A stretch of 64,000 nt of DNA, taken from the IMG/VR virus record IMGVR_UViG_3300045988_151219, positions 64,001 to 128,000 of that record; one strand, given 5' to 3'. Shown here piece by piece: positions 10,026 to 19,140 of this stretch. The notes beneath the pieces are model-generated. The model was given only the letters and a program-made list of their open reading frames with translations, did not search any database and was not told the origin of the DNA. The stretch is from a virus. Numbering within the stretch: position 1 is the stretch's first letter; the number at the start of each line of letters is the position of its first letter. A program made the position numbers and the translations under genes.

Positions 10026-10561
10026 GAATCCCAGCCTTCTCTTATATCCCTTGCAAATAGTTCTATTTTCTCTGTGTTAGGAAACATAGATTCTATCATA
10101 TTATATACATGTTCAGGCTTCTGTGAGTGTTTTTTCACTTTTTCAGAAAAGACGTCTGCCCATTTACCTTGCTCTTCTTTTACAGGCTTTAGTATATTTC
10201 CCTTTTTGTAACACCACAAGAGATATTCATGTTGATAACGTATTGTAAAAGCTGCCGGAATACCTGTGACTTTATCCCAAACAATTCTTGCATGTAATGA
10301 ATATCCTAAGTCATGCATCATCTTCTCTGTTTGAAATAAATATTTCTCTATCGTCCAAACAAAAAAATTATGCTTTTCTTCTGTCTTTACTTGTTGAAGT
10401 ATATTCTTTATATCATTTAAAGACATTGTAGGATAATCTAAATTTTTTCCGCTTGAGTTAGGTCTTGCCACTTTCTTCCCGCCTTTCTTTTGTTCCCACG
10501 GAGGGTCAGCATAAATTATGCTATATTTTTTATTATTGCTTTTTAAATCCGTTATGACCAT
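10004..10561 (-). CDS. MT-A70-family N6-adenine DNA methyltransferase
   Basis: IIYADPPWEQKKGG (DPPW catalytic motif) and KHSQKPEHVYNMIE, both typical of the MT-A70 family. Confidence 0.8.
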   Translation of the reverse strand: MVITDLKSNNKKYSIIYADPPWEQKKGGKKVARPNSSGKNLDYPTMSLNDIKNILQQVKTEEKHNFFVWTIEKYLFQTEKMMHDLGYSLHARIVWDKVTGIPAAFTIRYQHEYLLWCYKKGNILKPVKEEQGKWADVFSEKVKKHSQKPEHVYNMIESMFPNTEKIELFARDIREGWDSWGNEVN

Positions 10562-10594
10562 TTAAATATCTCCTATTATAATAAAACTTTTTAG

Positions 10595-11173
10595 TTAGTT
10601 TATCCACTTTATAATAGGGTCTCCTGTATAACCCTTCTCCCAAACATACCAGGCGAAAGCTACAGCCCCACCTTTAGGTAATGTCCTGTCATTATTTTTA
10701 TAAGTAGTTATACGTCTTCTTGCTACATATAAAGTCTTAAGCGGAAACTCTTCAAATAGTCTTGCTCTTCCCTGGCTTTCTAAAAAGAGTAGCCTAAGGA
10801 ACATACATACTTTTCTTCCCTCCGGAACTAAAGCCATAGCATGTGCTACAAACTCTTCCGCTGCATGATACGGTGGATTAGTTGCTATATCCCCATCCCA
10901 TTTATTTAAACATTTAAAGAAGTCTATTCCAATTTCTCCATATCCGCGGTCTACTAAGTCAGAAGCTCTTCCTAAAACTCCTTTCTCTTTAAAGACTTTA
11001 GCAAGTTCCCCATCTCCGCAAGCACATTCCCAAACATTATTTAAGCTTTCTACCTCTAAAAGAAGATACGCCGCTATATTATCAGTAGCATAAAAATCGT
11101 ATTCCTCTCTCTTGTCTTTAGAGTGGTTGGAAGCTCCCATTGTTACAAATACATTTTTGTTTGACTTTGCCAT
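10595..11173 (-). CDS. N6-adenine DNA methyltransferase (NPPY type)
   Basis: ECACGDGELA (SAM-binding motif I-like) and DIATNPPYHAAEEF (motif IV). Confidence 0.75.
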   Translation of the reverse strand: MAKSNKNVFVTMGASNHSKDKREEYDFYATDNIAAYLLLEVESLNNVWECACGDGELAKVFKEKGVLGRASDLVDRGYGEIGIDFFKCLNKWDGDIATNPPYHAAEEFVAHAMALVPEGRKVCMFLRLLFLESQGRARLFEEFPLKTLYVARRRITTYKNNDRTLPKGGAVAFAWYVWEKGYTGDPIIKWIN

Positions 11174-11174
11174 T

Positions 11175-11750
11175 CTACCACCCCCTATATTTTGATAAAT
11201 AAAGTAACTTCCATAAGAACATAGCCTGTATTATATTATTCCTCGATGTATTAGGTTCTTTATCTGTCTTGATATACCTCTCTATCTTAAACCCTAACTC
11301 CGTAAGTGAGTTCGCTAAATCTTCTTTGTCTTGCTCATTCTTGCAGTATTCATCTAAGCTTTCAAGCTGTAGATTTAATATAGAGAAGTCTATTCCGCTA
11401 AACTGTGTATTGCATATAGATTCTGTATTCGTATCCATAATAGTTGAATCTACAGCAAAATCTTTATTCATCTTATATACATAGTTATGAATCTCATTCC
11501 TTATTCCTGTATATAAATAGTTAAATAAAGAAGCTTTCTTTGGATTATAATTTGACCTCTGTAATAAAGACAAAGCTTTATATAATCCTACCTGCTTTAA
11601 ATCTTCTTTGTCAAAAGCCGGATTAGAATAGAAATGCCTTGCCATTACTATATCACATAAGTTACATATGTTTTTATAACCATTTTCGGTTAGTCTGAAT
11701 TTGAAGTCTTCTGTGTAAAAGTCTTCTATTTTAACGTCTATCTTCTGCAA
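11175..11750 (-). CDS. Sigma-70 region-2-like transcription factor (phage sigma candidate)
   Basis: DLKQVGLYKALSLLQRSNYNPKKASLFNYLYTGIRNEIHNYVYK resembles sigma-70 regions 2.1-2.4. Confidence 0.45.
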   Translation of the reverse strand: MQKIDVKIEDFYTEDFKFRLTENGYKNICNLCDIVMARHFYSNPAFDKEDLKQVGLYKALSLLQRSNYNPKKASLFNYLYTGIRNEIHNYVYKMNKDFAVDSTIMDTNTESICNTQFSGIDFSILNLQLESLDEYCKNEQDKEDLANSLTELGFKIERYIKTDKEPNTSRNNIIQAMFLWKLLYLSKYRGW

Positions 11751-11754
11751 TTTA

Positions 11755-13917
11755 CTACCTCAAAGATTTTGTTAATATCTGAAACACACATAATAACCCT
11801 GTCTGCAACTCTAAGTCAGATTTAAAAGAATCTTCTAAAATCCACGGAGCTAACAAGAACTTTATTATCTTAAGAGTATTAGCTCCAAATAAGCTGTTAA
11901 TCTTCTTAGACTGCTCCGCATAAGGCGGATAATTAACCATGGCTTTTGTCATGTCGGCTAAAACTTCCTGGAAGTCCTGCTGCACAGTTACTAAGGGAAA
12001 TTTTAATATACTGTCTATTGCTTTAAAACAGGTCTCTTTATCTTTCTTTGCAATCGATTCAAGAAATAGATAAATATAAGGATGTGCTGTCCGTACAGAT
12101 TGTACAAAAGCATCATGACCTATTAAGAAGTATTTGTCTAAAAGCATGTGTGCATTTCTCATATGCCCTCTTGAACGTTTGCAAATCACATCTATTACAT
12201 TATCAGGTACTTCTTTGTTTAGCTCTTTAGAAATATTCTTTAAATTCTTGAACATTTCTTCTTTTGATATACCATCAAATTTAAGCTCTATAGAACGTGA
12301 CCTTATTGTCTTGAGTAATTTCTCCGGATTAGTTGTAGCAAATATAAAGAAAACTTTTTTAGGAGCTTCTTCTATAATCTTAAGTAAAGCTGCTTGCCCC
12401 ACACTCGAAATCAGTTGGGCCTCGTCCAGCACTACTACTTTATAGAATGAACCTGAGGAATAGGCAAACGTATCTCTTAGTTCTCTAATATGGTCTACAG
12501 AACCCATAGCCGCTGAATCAAGTTCCATATAATACGGCGTTGTATCTAAGTCTACTGTATTATCGTGATTTATTTCTCTGGCAAAAATTCTCGCACAAGT
12601 TGTATTGTGATTATATGTACCTTGGGCGTAAAATTCATGACACTTCTCTGTTGTTATGTCATAAACATCTTCTACTGTGTCAGTGTATGATAAAATCTTA
12701 GCATATGTATACCCTATTAATTCATCAAAACATGACGGCAAATACCCTAATTCATTCTTAAGATTAATAAGAGTCCTTTCTGTAACACATCTACCCGCTC
12801 GTAAATTATGTAAAACAGCACGTACTCTACTCGTTTTTCTTCCTTTTACATAATGTTCTAATTCTTCCGTCATTCTTCTTGTAACTGAAATAACATTTCT
12901 GGAATTAGCTGTATTTTTATCTTCTAAAATAAACTGTCTACTTGTCCATTTAAAGTCCTGTAAAGAATGATTTTTTATATATATTTTATAATAAACATTT
13001 CCTTTATATCGTCCGGTAGTTAGTGTCTTAGGTATTATCTTTGTAGCTACCCCTAAAGACATGAAAATCTCCTGGTACCCCTTTACCAGCTTTTCAGACT
13101 TGCTCATTAATTCAAACTGATTCTTTGAAATGCACCCATCAGTATCAAATAAGCCCTGAATGAATGCTTTCCTCGTCTCTACGTCTGTATTAAAAACCCA
13201 TTCCGGAACATACTTATTTCCTGCTCCGTGCATGATTTCTATACTCATCTTGTCTTTTAAAGAAGACCTTATATTATAAACGTCTTCTTTTCTCTTATCT
13301 TTAGACAGCTTCCCGCTCCAGCCTACAATTCTTTTAAATTTCTTGCAAGCTTTGAGTGAACCACAATACCCTGCTGCTGTTCTGTCTCTGCTGCACCACC
13401 CATCAGAAAGCCACACGGCTTGTGCATAAGCTAAATCAGGACAGTGTTTAGCATTCTTAAACTCTATAGGTTTCTTAGGAAATAAAATATAATCTCCTAT
13501 TTTTAAATTGCCTAATGGAAATAATCCAATTTCCCCATCTTTAAAAGCTAAGACTTTGTGTCTTAGTGTTCCCCTTACATTATTATTTACATTTAAATTT
13601 ACTGTACGGACTAAAGCTTCTCTTTCAAAATATTTTGCTACTATCTTGTCTTTACCAAACCTGCCCTCTGTCTCTCCTTTACAGTCTGTAAATCCCTCGT
13701 CTATCCCTTTACAGTAATCTCCTATTTTTACATATCCATTCTCTGTTAAAATGCGTATATCTCCTGGAACGCATTTTCCACAACCATATTCTCCATAAAG
13801 TATAAGAGACCTCGGAGCTTCTTCCGGTTTAGCTACCAGTGATTTTAATATTTTTACATTTAAATCCTGCCCTACTACTTCATCAAAAGTTGTCGGTCTG
13901 AATTGCTGCGTAATCAA
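11755..13917 (-). CDS. AAA+ clamp-loader subunit (DNA pol III gamma/tau-like) interrupted by an intein
   Basis: FRPTTFDEVVGQD... Walker A GEYGCGK/TT is split by the intein. Also VVVLDEAQ (Walker B), FIFATTNPEKLLKTIRSRS (sensor 1 / SRC-like). TTG start with a GGGGGAG RBS. Confidence 0.8.
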   Translation of the reverse strand: MITQQFRPTTFDEVVGQDLNVKILKSLVAKPEEAPRSLILYGEYGCGKCVPGDIRILTENGYVKIGDYCKGIDEGFTDCKGETEGRFGKDKIVAKYFEREALVRTVNLNVNNNVRGTLRHKVLAFKDGEIGLFPLGNLKIGDYILFPKKPIEFKNAKHCPDLAYAQAVWLSDGWCSRDRTAAGYCGSLKACKKFKRIVGWSGKLSKDKRKEDVYNIRSSLKDKMSIEIMHGAGNKYVPEWVFNTDVETRKAFIQGLFDTDGCISKNQFELMSKSEKLVKGYQEIFMSLGVATKIIPKTLTTGRYKGNVYYKIYIKNHSLQDFKWTSRQFILEDKNTANSRNVISVTRRMTEELEHYVKGRKTSRVRAVLHNLRAGRCVTERTLINLKNELGYLPSCFDELIGYTYAKILSYTDTVEDVYDITTEKCHEFYAQGTYNHNTTCARIFAREINHDNTVDLDTTPYYMELDSAAMGSVDHIRELRDTFAYSSGSFYKVVVLDEAQLISSVGQAALLKIIEEAPKKVFFIFATTNPEKLLKTIRSRSIELKFDGISKEEMFKNLKNISKELNKEVPDNVIDVICKRSRGHMRNAHMLLDKYFLIGHDAFVQSVRTAHPYIYLFLESIAKKDKETCFKAIDSILKFPLVTVQQDFQEVLADMTKAMVNYPPYAEQSKKINSLFGANTLKIIKFLLAPWILEDSFKSDLELQTGLLCVFQILTKSLR
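12604..13773 (-). mobile_element. Intein (390 aa) with LAGLIDADG endonuclease in the clamp-loader P-loop
   Basis: Starts CVPGDIRILTENG (TGC 13773-13771) and ends QGTYNHN (AAT 12606-12604) followed by Thr. LAYAQAVWLSDGW and KAFIQGLFDTDGC are LAGLIDADG-like. Codons checked by hand. Confidence 0.8.
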
Positions 13918-13930
13918 AATAAGCTCCCCC

Positions 13931-14632
13931 TTAAATATTGCATCCTAATATTGACAGTTGTGTTTTGTAATATTCTTCTAAATAGTCAGCTTCATATGAT
14001 TTTCCAAAATACCTATAATCTGTAAGTGTTCCTACGTCTTTTATTCCGTCAGGATGGTCAGCTATTGAAACATCAAAATATTTCTGTAGCTTATAATACT
14101 CTCTTTTGCTTCCTTTCTTTCCCTGTTCATCGTTATCTAACAGCAAGATTACTTTATTGGTAAGTGTCTTGAGTATCTCTCTTCCCATCGATGAAAGCCC
14201 TGTAGACTGCAAAGCAAATACATATGGATAAATCTTTCCTAAGGTATCCCTGTCTTTCAAGCCCTCTACTAATACTATAGGCGTTTGCGGTGTAAATTTC
14301 TTGTCTAAAGAAAAAATACCATATGGAAATTCTCGATAATTACCATAGGTAATAAATTTCTTGTTGATTAAACTTCGGAATATAATATAAAAGTCTTTAT
14401 CTTGAAAATGATTTACTATACCTACTACCAGTTTTTCGTCAATAATAAAAGTCTTTAAATAAGCGGGAAGTAATGAAGCTTTTCCCGCTAACTGTATTAA
14501 AGACTGCATTGTGAATAATCTATAGTTAGATAAGTCGTAATATAACCCCATATAAGAATACGGGTCTACTACGTCTTTCTTTTTTAGTCTAAAGCTAACT
14601 TTTAACAGTTCGCTTACTGGTAGTGTACTCAT
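13931..14632 (-). CDS. Toprim-domain protein (primase catalytic-core-like)
   Basis: IVLVEGLKDRD (Toprim E-G) and ILLLDNDEQGKKG (DxD-G). Confidence 0.5.
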   Translation of the reverse strand: MSTLPVSELLKVSFRLKKKDVVDPYSYMGLYYDLSNYRLFTMQSLIQLAGKASLLPAYLKTFIIDEKLVVGIVNHFQDKDFYIIFRSLINKKFITYGNYREFPYGIFSLDKKFTPQTPIVLVEGLKDRDTLGKIYPYVFALQSTGLSSMGREILKTLTNKVILLLDNDEQGKKGSKREYYKLQKYFDVSIADHPDGIKDVGTLTDYRYFGKSYEADYLEEYYKTQLSILGCNI

Positions 14633-14633
14633 C

Positions 14634-14978
14634 CTAATCCTCTTTGTTGATTTTTTCTAATTCTTTATTTATCTGTGTGACTGTCTGCGTTAAATCACTT
14701 GACTTAGAATAATAAGAAGCTGTTATGTCTATAATAGATATTTTATTAGGCATTACTCCATATAAGCAGACAATAAATAAGAAAAGAAGTGTTGCTCTTT
14801 TTATCCTTTTCTTATTGCTTGTATTTAAATCAATCTCAAACGGATTAGTAATAAAAACAAGAAAACATCCACCAAATAAAATACTTAATATAATTACTAT
14901 AACTCTTAATGTCTCATGAACATTGCAGTATAAATTCAAAGCATATATAACCCATGGAGATATAAACAGTTCGTCCAT
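14634..14978 (-). CDS. Small membrane protein (two predicted TM segments plus C-terminal coil)
   Basis: 114 aa. Hydrophobic stretches VIVIILSILFGGCFLVFI and LLFLFIVCLYGV. Resembles 40502..40867 (shared ISPW...LFLFI pattern). Confidence 0.6.
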   Translation of the reverse strand: MDELFISPWVIYALNLYCNVHETLRVIVIILSILFGGCFLVFITNPFEIDLNTSNKKRIKRATLLFLFIVCLYGVMPNKISIIDITASYYSKSSDLTQTVTQINKELEKINKED

Positions 14979-15008
14979 AATATTAAATCCTCTCTAAAAG
15001 TATCTCTT

Positions 15009-15017
15009 ATATTATAC
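15009..15017 (-). promoter_or_regulatory. GTATAATAT element, site 1
   Basis: Minus strand reads gaagaaaacaGTATAATATaagagat. Overlaps the stop of the radical SAM gene, 31 nt upstream of ATG 14978. Confidence 0.4.
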
Positions 15018-18000
15018 TGTTTTCTTCGACAAATTGTACAGTAATAATCGTCCTGTACATGTAGGACACATCTTATTATAATCGTGCTTAAACAAAGAAA
15101 AAGTTAAAGAGTTTCCACACTTGCAGTTTGCATCTACTTTCATTGTCTGGTCTACCATCTGAAAAATACAGTCCTGTAAGCATTGACGGTATGACCTCTT
15201 CGTGATTGTGGACATTACTAAATATGGTGAAATATAAGCCGGCAGTGACATATAAACTAAAGCTCCCGCTTTGTACGGTATAGCTAATATCTTGTCTCTT
15301 AATTCCGGCATATACTTTGTTGTAAATGTCATCAGTGTATTAAGACTCTTTCCAGCTACTTTTATATTCCAGTCTGTATTTGCCATTTTGTTTTTAAAGA
15401 AGTCTACAGAATAATCGTTTATCACTCCTAAGTATGTTATCTCGTTTTCTCTTGACTGCTTTAAAGCATCCGCATCATCATAAACAGCTGTAACTTGACA
15501 CGACTCTAATTTACTGTTTACTTCTTCTAAATGTTGTAATAAATCCTGTGCTGATACTTTTTCTTTGAAAGATACATCAAAAAGCCAGCTGCCTGTATAC
15601 CAACCTCTCTGGTCGTTAGCAGATAATAATTGACAAGAGTTTCCTTCTACAGCAAAATACTTATACGCCAATCCAGGAACAGTTTTAAAAAATTGAGATG
15701 TAACGTAATACTGTAAAGCATCTCTATTATAAAAGAACCATTTAGGATTCTGCTTTACAATAAATCTAAGTATTGTAGCTTTTCTTCCTTCAGAAAAAGA
15801 ATTAATGACATCATCGTAATTGCTTTCATCATATATCTTTCTGGTAGTCATATATTTTATATGCTTGGCGTCACACGTCTGGCATCCTAAACATGTAGCA
15901 TCCTCATTGGCTAAAGTCTTTAGACACAGATTAGCCGAAAAGTCCATTTTCTGTGTCCTTTCCCACCACATCTTTTTTACTCTGTCAGTGACCGCCTGCA
16001 TATAATCATTGGGAAATATCCAGTCTTTAGGACGTGCATTACAAAAAAAGAACATATCTTCTATTCCATGTTCTTTTAAGACTTTTACTACTATTTCCTG
16101 GCAGTTTCTTCGAAACCTACTGTAATAAACTGCTCCTTGTTCAGACATCTTTACTAAACAATCAGTTCCTGCCGGACCAAAATCTATTAGCAACTGCTCT
16201 ATCCAGGTTCCCCCAAAGATTGAATGTATCCTTACTCTTACTTTTCTTTTCTTCATCTCTTCTATCAGATAAAGAAATTGATTGCCAGGATAAAATGACA
16301 TTCTTGCAGTCTTTCTATCAAGATATCTAAGTGCTATATTTGTATAATAAAGCAACGGAGTTATATTCATCTGTAGGGATGTTTTAGCTCCGATTTTATC
16401 CCTGATAGCGAACATCTCGTCTACTTCTGAAATGCATTCATCTATGTCTTCTTTAGTTTCATATCCGGTTTGGATATACCCCATTTTTAAGTGCATGATT
16501 TTTAAGCGGTAGATATTTCTTGCCGCCTGCATTATAGTTTCTCTTGATAGATTTTTATTTAAGAATTGATTTCTTAGTCTGTTGGAAAATCCCTCAATAG
16601 GTGCAGATACTCTGGATAATCCTAATTTCTTTGCAATTAACAGCTGCTCCGGTGCATGTGCTATCACGTCTAACCGTTCATTTATCAAAGAAATTTTAGA
16701 AAAGTATTCCGCCCCTTTCTTTATCATGTCCATAAACCTATAGTAGTAGTTTAGATTATAACTATAAAAAGTTACTTTATTAGCAGCAGAAGTCTTTCTT
16801 GCATACTCTAAATTCTTCTCTACATTATCTAAAGTACGTTCATGATAGTTTCCGGCTATAGTTGCTTCGTGACAATTGTGAGTATAAAGCATGTTGTAGC
16901 ATGTCCGATGGTTAGGCAAGGTCTCTGTAGTATATGTTACTTCTTCTCTTCCTAATTTCTTCACAGACATAACATATACAGGAAAATAATCCCCGCTCGC
17001 TAAAGCTTTAAAGATTCTCGGTAAAGAACTATAAGAATATTTCTTTAATGTCTCTATAGAAATATTATTTCCTTGATATGATACAAAAGCTTTGTTATCT
17101 TTATATAAACATAAGTGAATATATTCTCCTGTGATTTCTACAAATTTTCCTACCATACGATATAACAGTTGAATATCTGATTTAAACTTATATTCTGTTA
17201 TCTTAGTTAAATCGTTTTCTACATACTCTAAATATTTCTCTATGCTCTCTTTAGCATAATAGAATACATGGTCAGAAACTCTTTTGTTTTTAAAGTCTTC
17301 TTCGTATCTCTCTTTTAGCTCTTTTTCAGACGGAATATACTTGCCATAAGATTCTAAACCCATCTTGATATAAAAGACATCTCTTATATTGATGTCTTTT
17401 GCTAAGACTTCTTCTTCTCTTCCTTCAGATAAAATCATCCTCATCATGCGATGGTTTTCTGAACAGGTGAATTTAGAACCATCTGATAAAGTAATTTCCA
17501 TTAAAGGCTGCTTTGAAGCCTGTTTTACTGTTGTATATTGCTTTTCGTCTTCTCTTAAAAATCTTGTAGTAGGCACAGCCCCCACGTCTAAAAGAGACTC
17601 TATATTCTCAAGCCCTCTTCCTGTCGGTATCTTAGTTCCTGCCGGTACTGAAAAAGAACATAATGTAGAAGCCCCTGAACAGCCTGAGGATACCTGCACA
17701 TCTATAGATGAACAGTTTGACCCCGCTAAGTGAAAAGTCTTTAAAGGAAAGCCTTCCCATTCATCAAGCTCAAGTTTATTTACTTGCACTCTTTCCGGAA
17801 GTCTTTCGTCTAAAGGCTTAATTGATTTTATTGTATAGTTGTCTTCCGCATAATCCCATTTATATTTATTGGGATAAAAAATATAGTGGTTTAAAATATT
17901 CCTCGATATTAAATACTCCATGAACCCATTAGTATCATGCAGATTTTTACCCTCTTTTACTTTATAGTTGTATGCACTTTCAATCAGTGTAGGTAAAATA

Positions 18001-18593
18001 ACTTCTCCATACCCATGAATAGTCATGTCTACTAAAGATGAGCCTAAGTCTTTCCCCTCTTCATCGTAAACATGTCCATAAAGTATCGGGGCTTCCGTTG
18101 CAGAAGCTCCCCCCATTATAAAAGGCGGAATCCTTAAATCTTTTGCTCTTCCCTCTACCGTGTAAGGTATGCCTGATTTCTTGAGTATTATCGGAATATG
18201 AAACATTTCCGGAATTAAAGCCATTGATACTAATACTAAGTCATAGTCTTTTACCGGATGGTGGGAACAGTTACCAAAAAGATAAGGAATGTGGTTTTCT
18301 TCATAAACCTTTTCATTCCCCTCTTCGATAAAGTAACAGTTGTCTACAAAGATATCTTCGCCATGCTTTTCATGACATAGCCAATTCAAGCAGCTAAAGG
18401 AGTTAGATACTGTCTTGTGTGACCCTGGCAGTAATAACACTACAAGTATTTTTAGTTTTGATTTATCCCATTTCTGTATAGAATCTTGGTTATTGTCTAC
18501 CGCATACAGATATTCAGGATAATTCATCTTCTTCATATTATTATCAAGAAATCTCTCTATCTCTTCATGAGTGACTTCTATTAAATCATTCAT
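15012..18593 (-). CDS. Giant radical SAM protein (B12-domain/TIGR03960-like with fused DUF2344-like C-terminal region), interrupted by an intein
   Basis: ATG 18593 with a GGAG RBS. Cys motif GCSGASTLCSF / CHEATIAGNYHER is split by the intein. Downstream blocks ISLINERLDV, SAPIEGFSNRLRNQFLNKN and KMGYIQTGYETKEDIDE match, from memory, the SLPSLR / APEAG..RLR / YFM.GLP.E..ED blocks of that family. C-terminal Cys clusters CLGCQTC and CKCG...CPTC. Confidence 0.6.
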   Translation of the reverse strand: MNDLIEVTHEEIERFLDNNMKKMNYPEYLYAVDNNQDSIQKWDKSKLKILVVLLLPGSHKTVSNSFSCLNWLCHEKHGEDIFVDNCYFIEEGNEKVYEENHIPYLFGNCSHHPVKDYDLVLVSMALIPEMFHIPIILKKSGIPYTVEGRAKDLRIPPFIMGGASATEAPILYGHVYDEEGKDLGSSLVDMTIHGYGEVILPTLIESAYNYKVKEGKNLHDTNGFMEYLISRNILNHYIFYPNKYKWDYAEDNYTIKSIKPLDERLPERVQVNKLELDEWEGFPLKTFHLAGSNCSSIDVQVSSGCSGASTLCSFSVPAGTKIPTGRGLENIESLLDVGAVPTTRFLREDEKQYTTVKQASKQPLMEITLSDGSKFTCSENHRMMRMILSEGREEEVLAKDINIRDVFYIKMGLESYGKYIPSEKELKERYEEDFKNKRVSDHVFYYAKESIEKYLEYVENDLTKITEYKFKSDIQLLYRMVGKFVEITGEYIHLCLYKDNKAFVSYQGNNISIETLKKYSYSSLPRIFKALASGDYFPVYVMSVKKLGREEVTYTTETLPNHRTCYNMLYTHNCHEATIAGNYHERTLDNVEKNLEYARKTSAANKVTFYSYNLNYYYRFMDMIKKGAEYFSKISLINERLDVIAHAPEQLLIAKKLGLSRVSAPIEGFSNRLRNQFLNKNLSRETIMQAARNIYRLKIMHLKMGYIQTGYETKEDIDECISEVDEMFAIRDKIGAKTSLQMNITPLLYYTNIALRYLDRKTARMSFYPGNQFLYLIEEMKKRKVRVRIHSIFGGTWIEQLLIDFGPAGTDCLVKMSEQGAVYYSRFRRNCQEIVVKVLKEHGIEDMFFFCNARPKDWIFPNDYMQAVTDRVKKMWWERTQKMDFSANLCLKTLANEDATCLGCQTCDAKHIKYMTTRKIYDESNYDDVINSFSEGRKATILRFIVKQNPKWFFYNRDALQYYVTSQFFKTVPGLAYKYFAVEGNSCQLLSANDQRGWYTGSWLFDVSFKEKVSAQDLLQHLEEVNSKLESCQVTAVYDDADALKQSRENEITYLGVINDYSVDFFKNKMANTDWNIKVAGKSLNTLMTFTTKYMPELRDKILAIPYKAGALVYMSLPAYISPYLVMSTITKRSYRQCLQDCIFQMVDQTMKVDANCKCGNSLTFSLFKHDYNKMCPTCTGRLLLYNLSKKTV
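16875..17651 (-). mobile_element. Intein (259 aa, Ser1 type) inside the radical SAM cysteine motif
   Basis: Starts SVPAGTKIPTGRG (TCA 17651-17649) and ends YNMLYTHN (AAT 16877-16875), followed by Cys, which would be the third cluster Cys. Codons checked by hand. Confidence 0.7.
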
Positions 18594-18605
18594 CACTTTC
18601 TCCTA

Positions 18606-19118
18606 CTATATGTCAAGGATTAAATCGTCAAGCTGCTGTTCCAATGAATATTCTTTAGACGGACTGTCAAAAGGGTCAGCTAAAGAACTAAAGATATCCT
18701 CCTGTGTCTCTTCTATCTTATATTCTTTCTGGTCATCTTTTGTATCGTCTAAAAGCTCCTGCGGAAACTTGTCAAACATCTTCTTTAATTCTTCTTCCGG
18801 ATATTTAACTGCTTCCTCTATAGTTGCTTTCGCTCTTTTCGATTTCTTCTCTTCTTTGTTTATCTTTGTCTTCTTAAACTCAATACCAATTTGTTTGAGG
18901 AAAGGAACAAGTTCACCCTCGTATGCTTGCTTCTTCGCCCCCATTGAAGTTTCTTTGTCTTTCAGCCCTAAGTAAACTTCATAGCATCTTTTGACCCTTT
19001 CCTCAAACGCTCTCAACTGCTCTTTAGGTATTGCGTCATATAAAGCTTTATTTACTTTTATTCCCTTTGAAAAAGATACCGCTCCCGATATCTTCTCTGT
19101 TGTCTCTATCATATTCAA
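18606..19118 (-). CDS. Hypothetical protein
   Basis: 170-aa ORF, Lys/Glu-rich, GGAGG RBS. No motif recognised. Confidence 0.6.
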   Translation of the reverse strand: MNMIETTEKISGAVSFSKGIKVNKALYDAIPKEQLRAFEERVKRCYEVYLGLKDKETSMGAKKQAYEGELVPFLKQIGIEFKKTKINKEEKKSKRAKATIEEAVKYPEEELKKMFDKFPQELLDDTKDDQKEYKIEETQEDIFSSLADPFDSPSKEYSLEQQLDDLILDI

Positions 19119-19131
19119 TTCCTCCTTCTCT

Positions 19132-19140
19132 ATATTATAC
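19132..19140 (-). promoter_or_regulatory. GTATAATAT element, site 2
   Basis: Minus strand reads ccagaagtaGTATAATATagagaaggagg. Only about 14 nt from ATG 19118, so promoter function is doubtful here. Confidence 0.25.

Larger units (their letters stand above)
17..15009 (-). other. (placeholder removed)
   Basis: Ignore this entry: its coordinates are intentionally invalid. See the following GTATAATAT entries. Confidence 0.
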
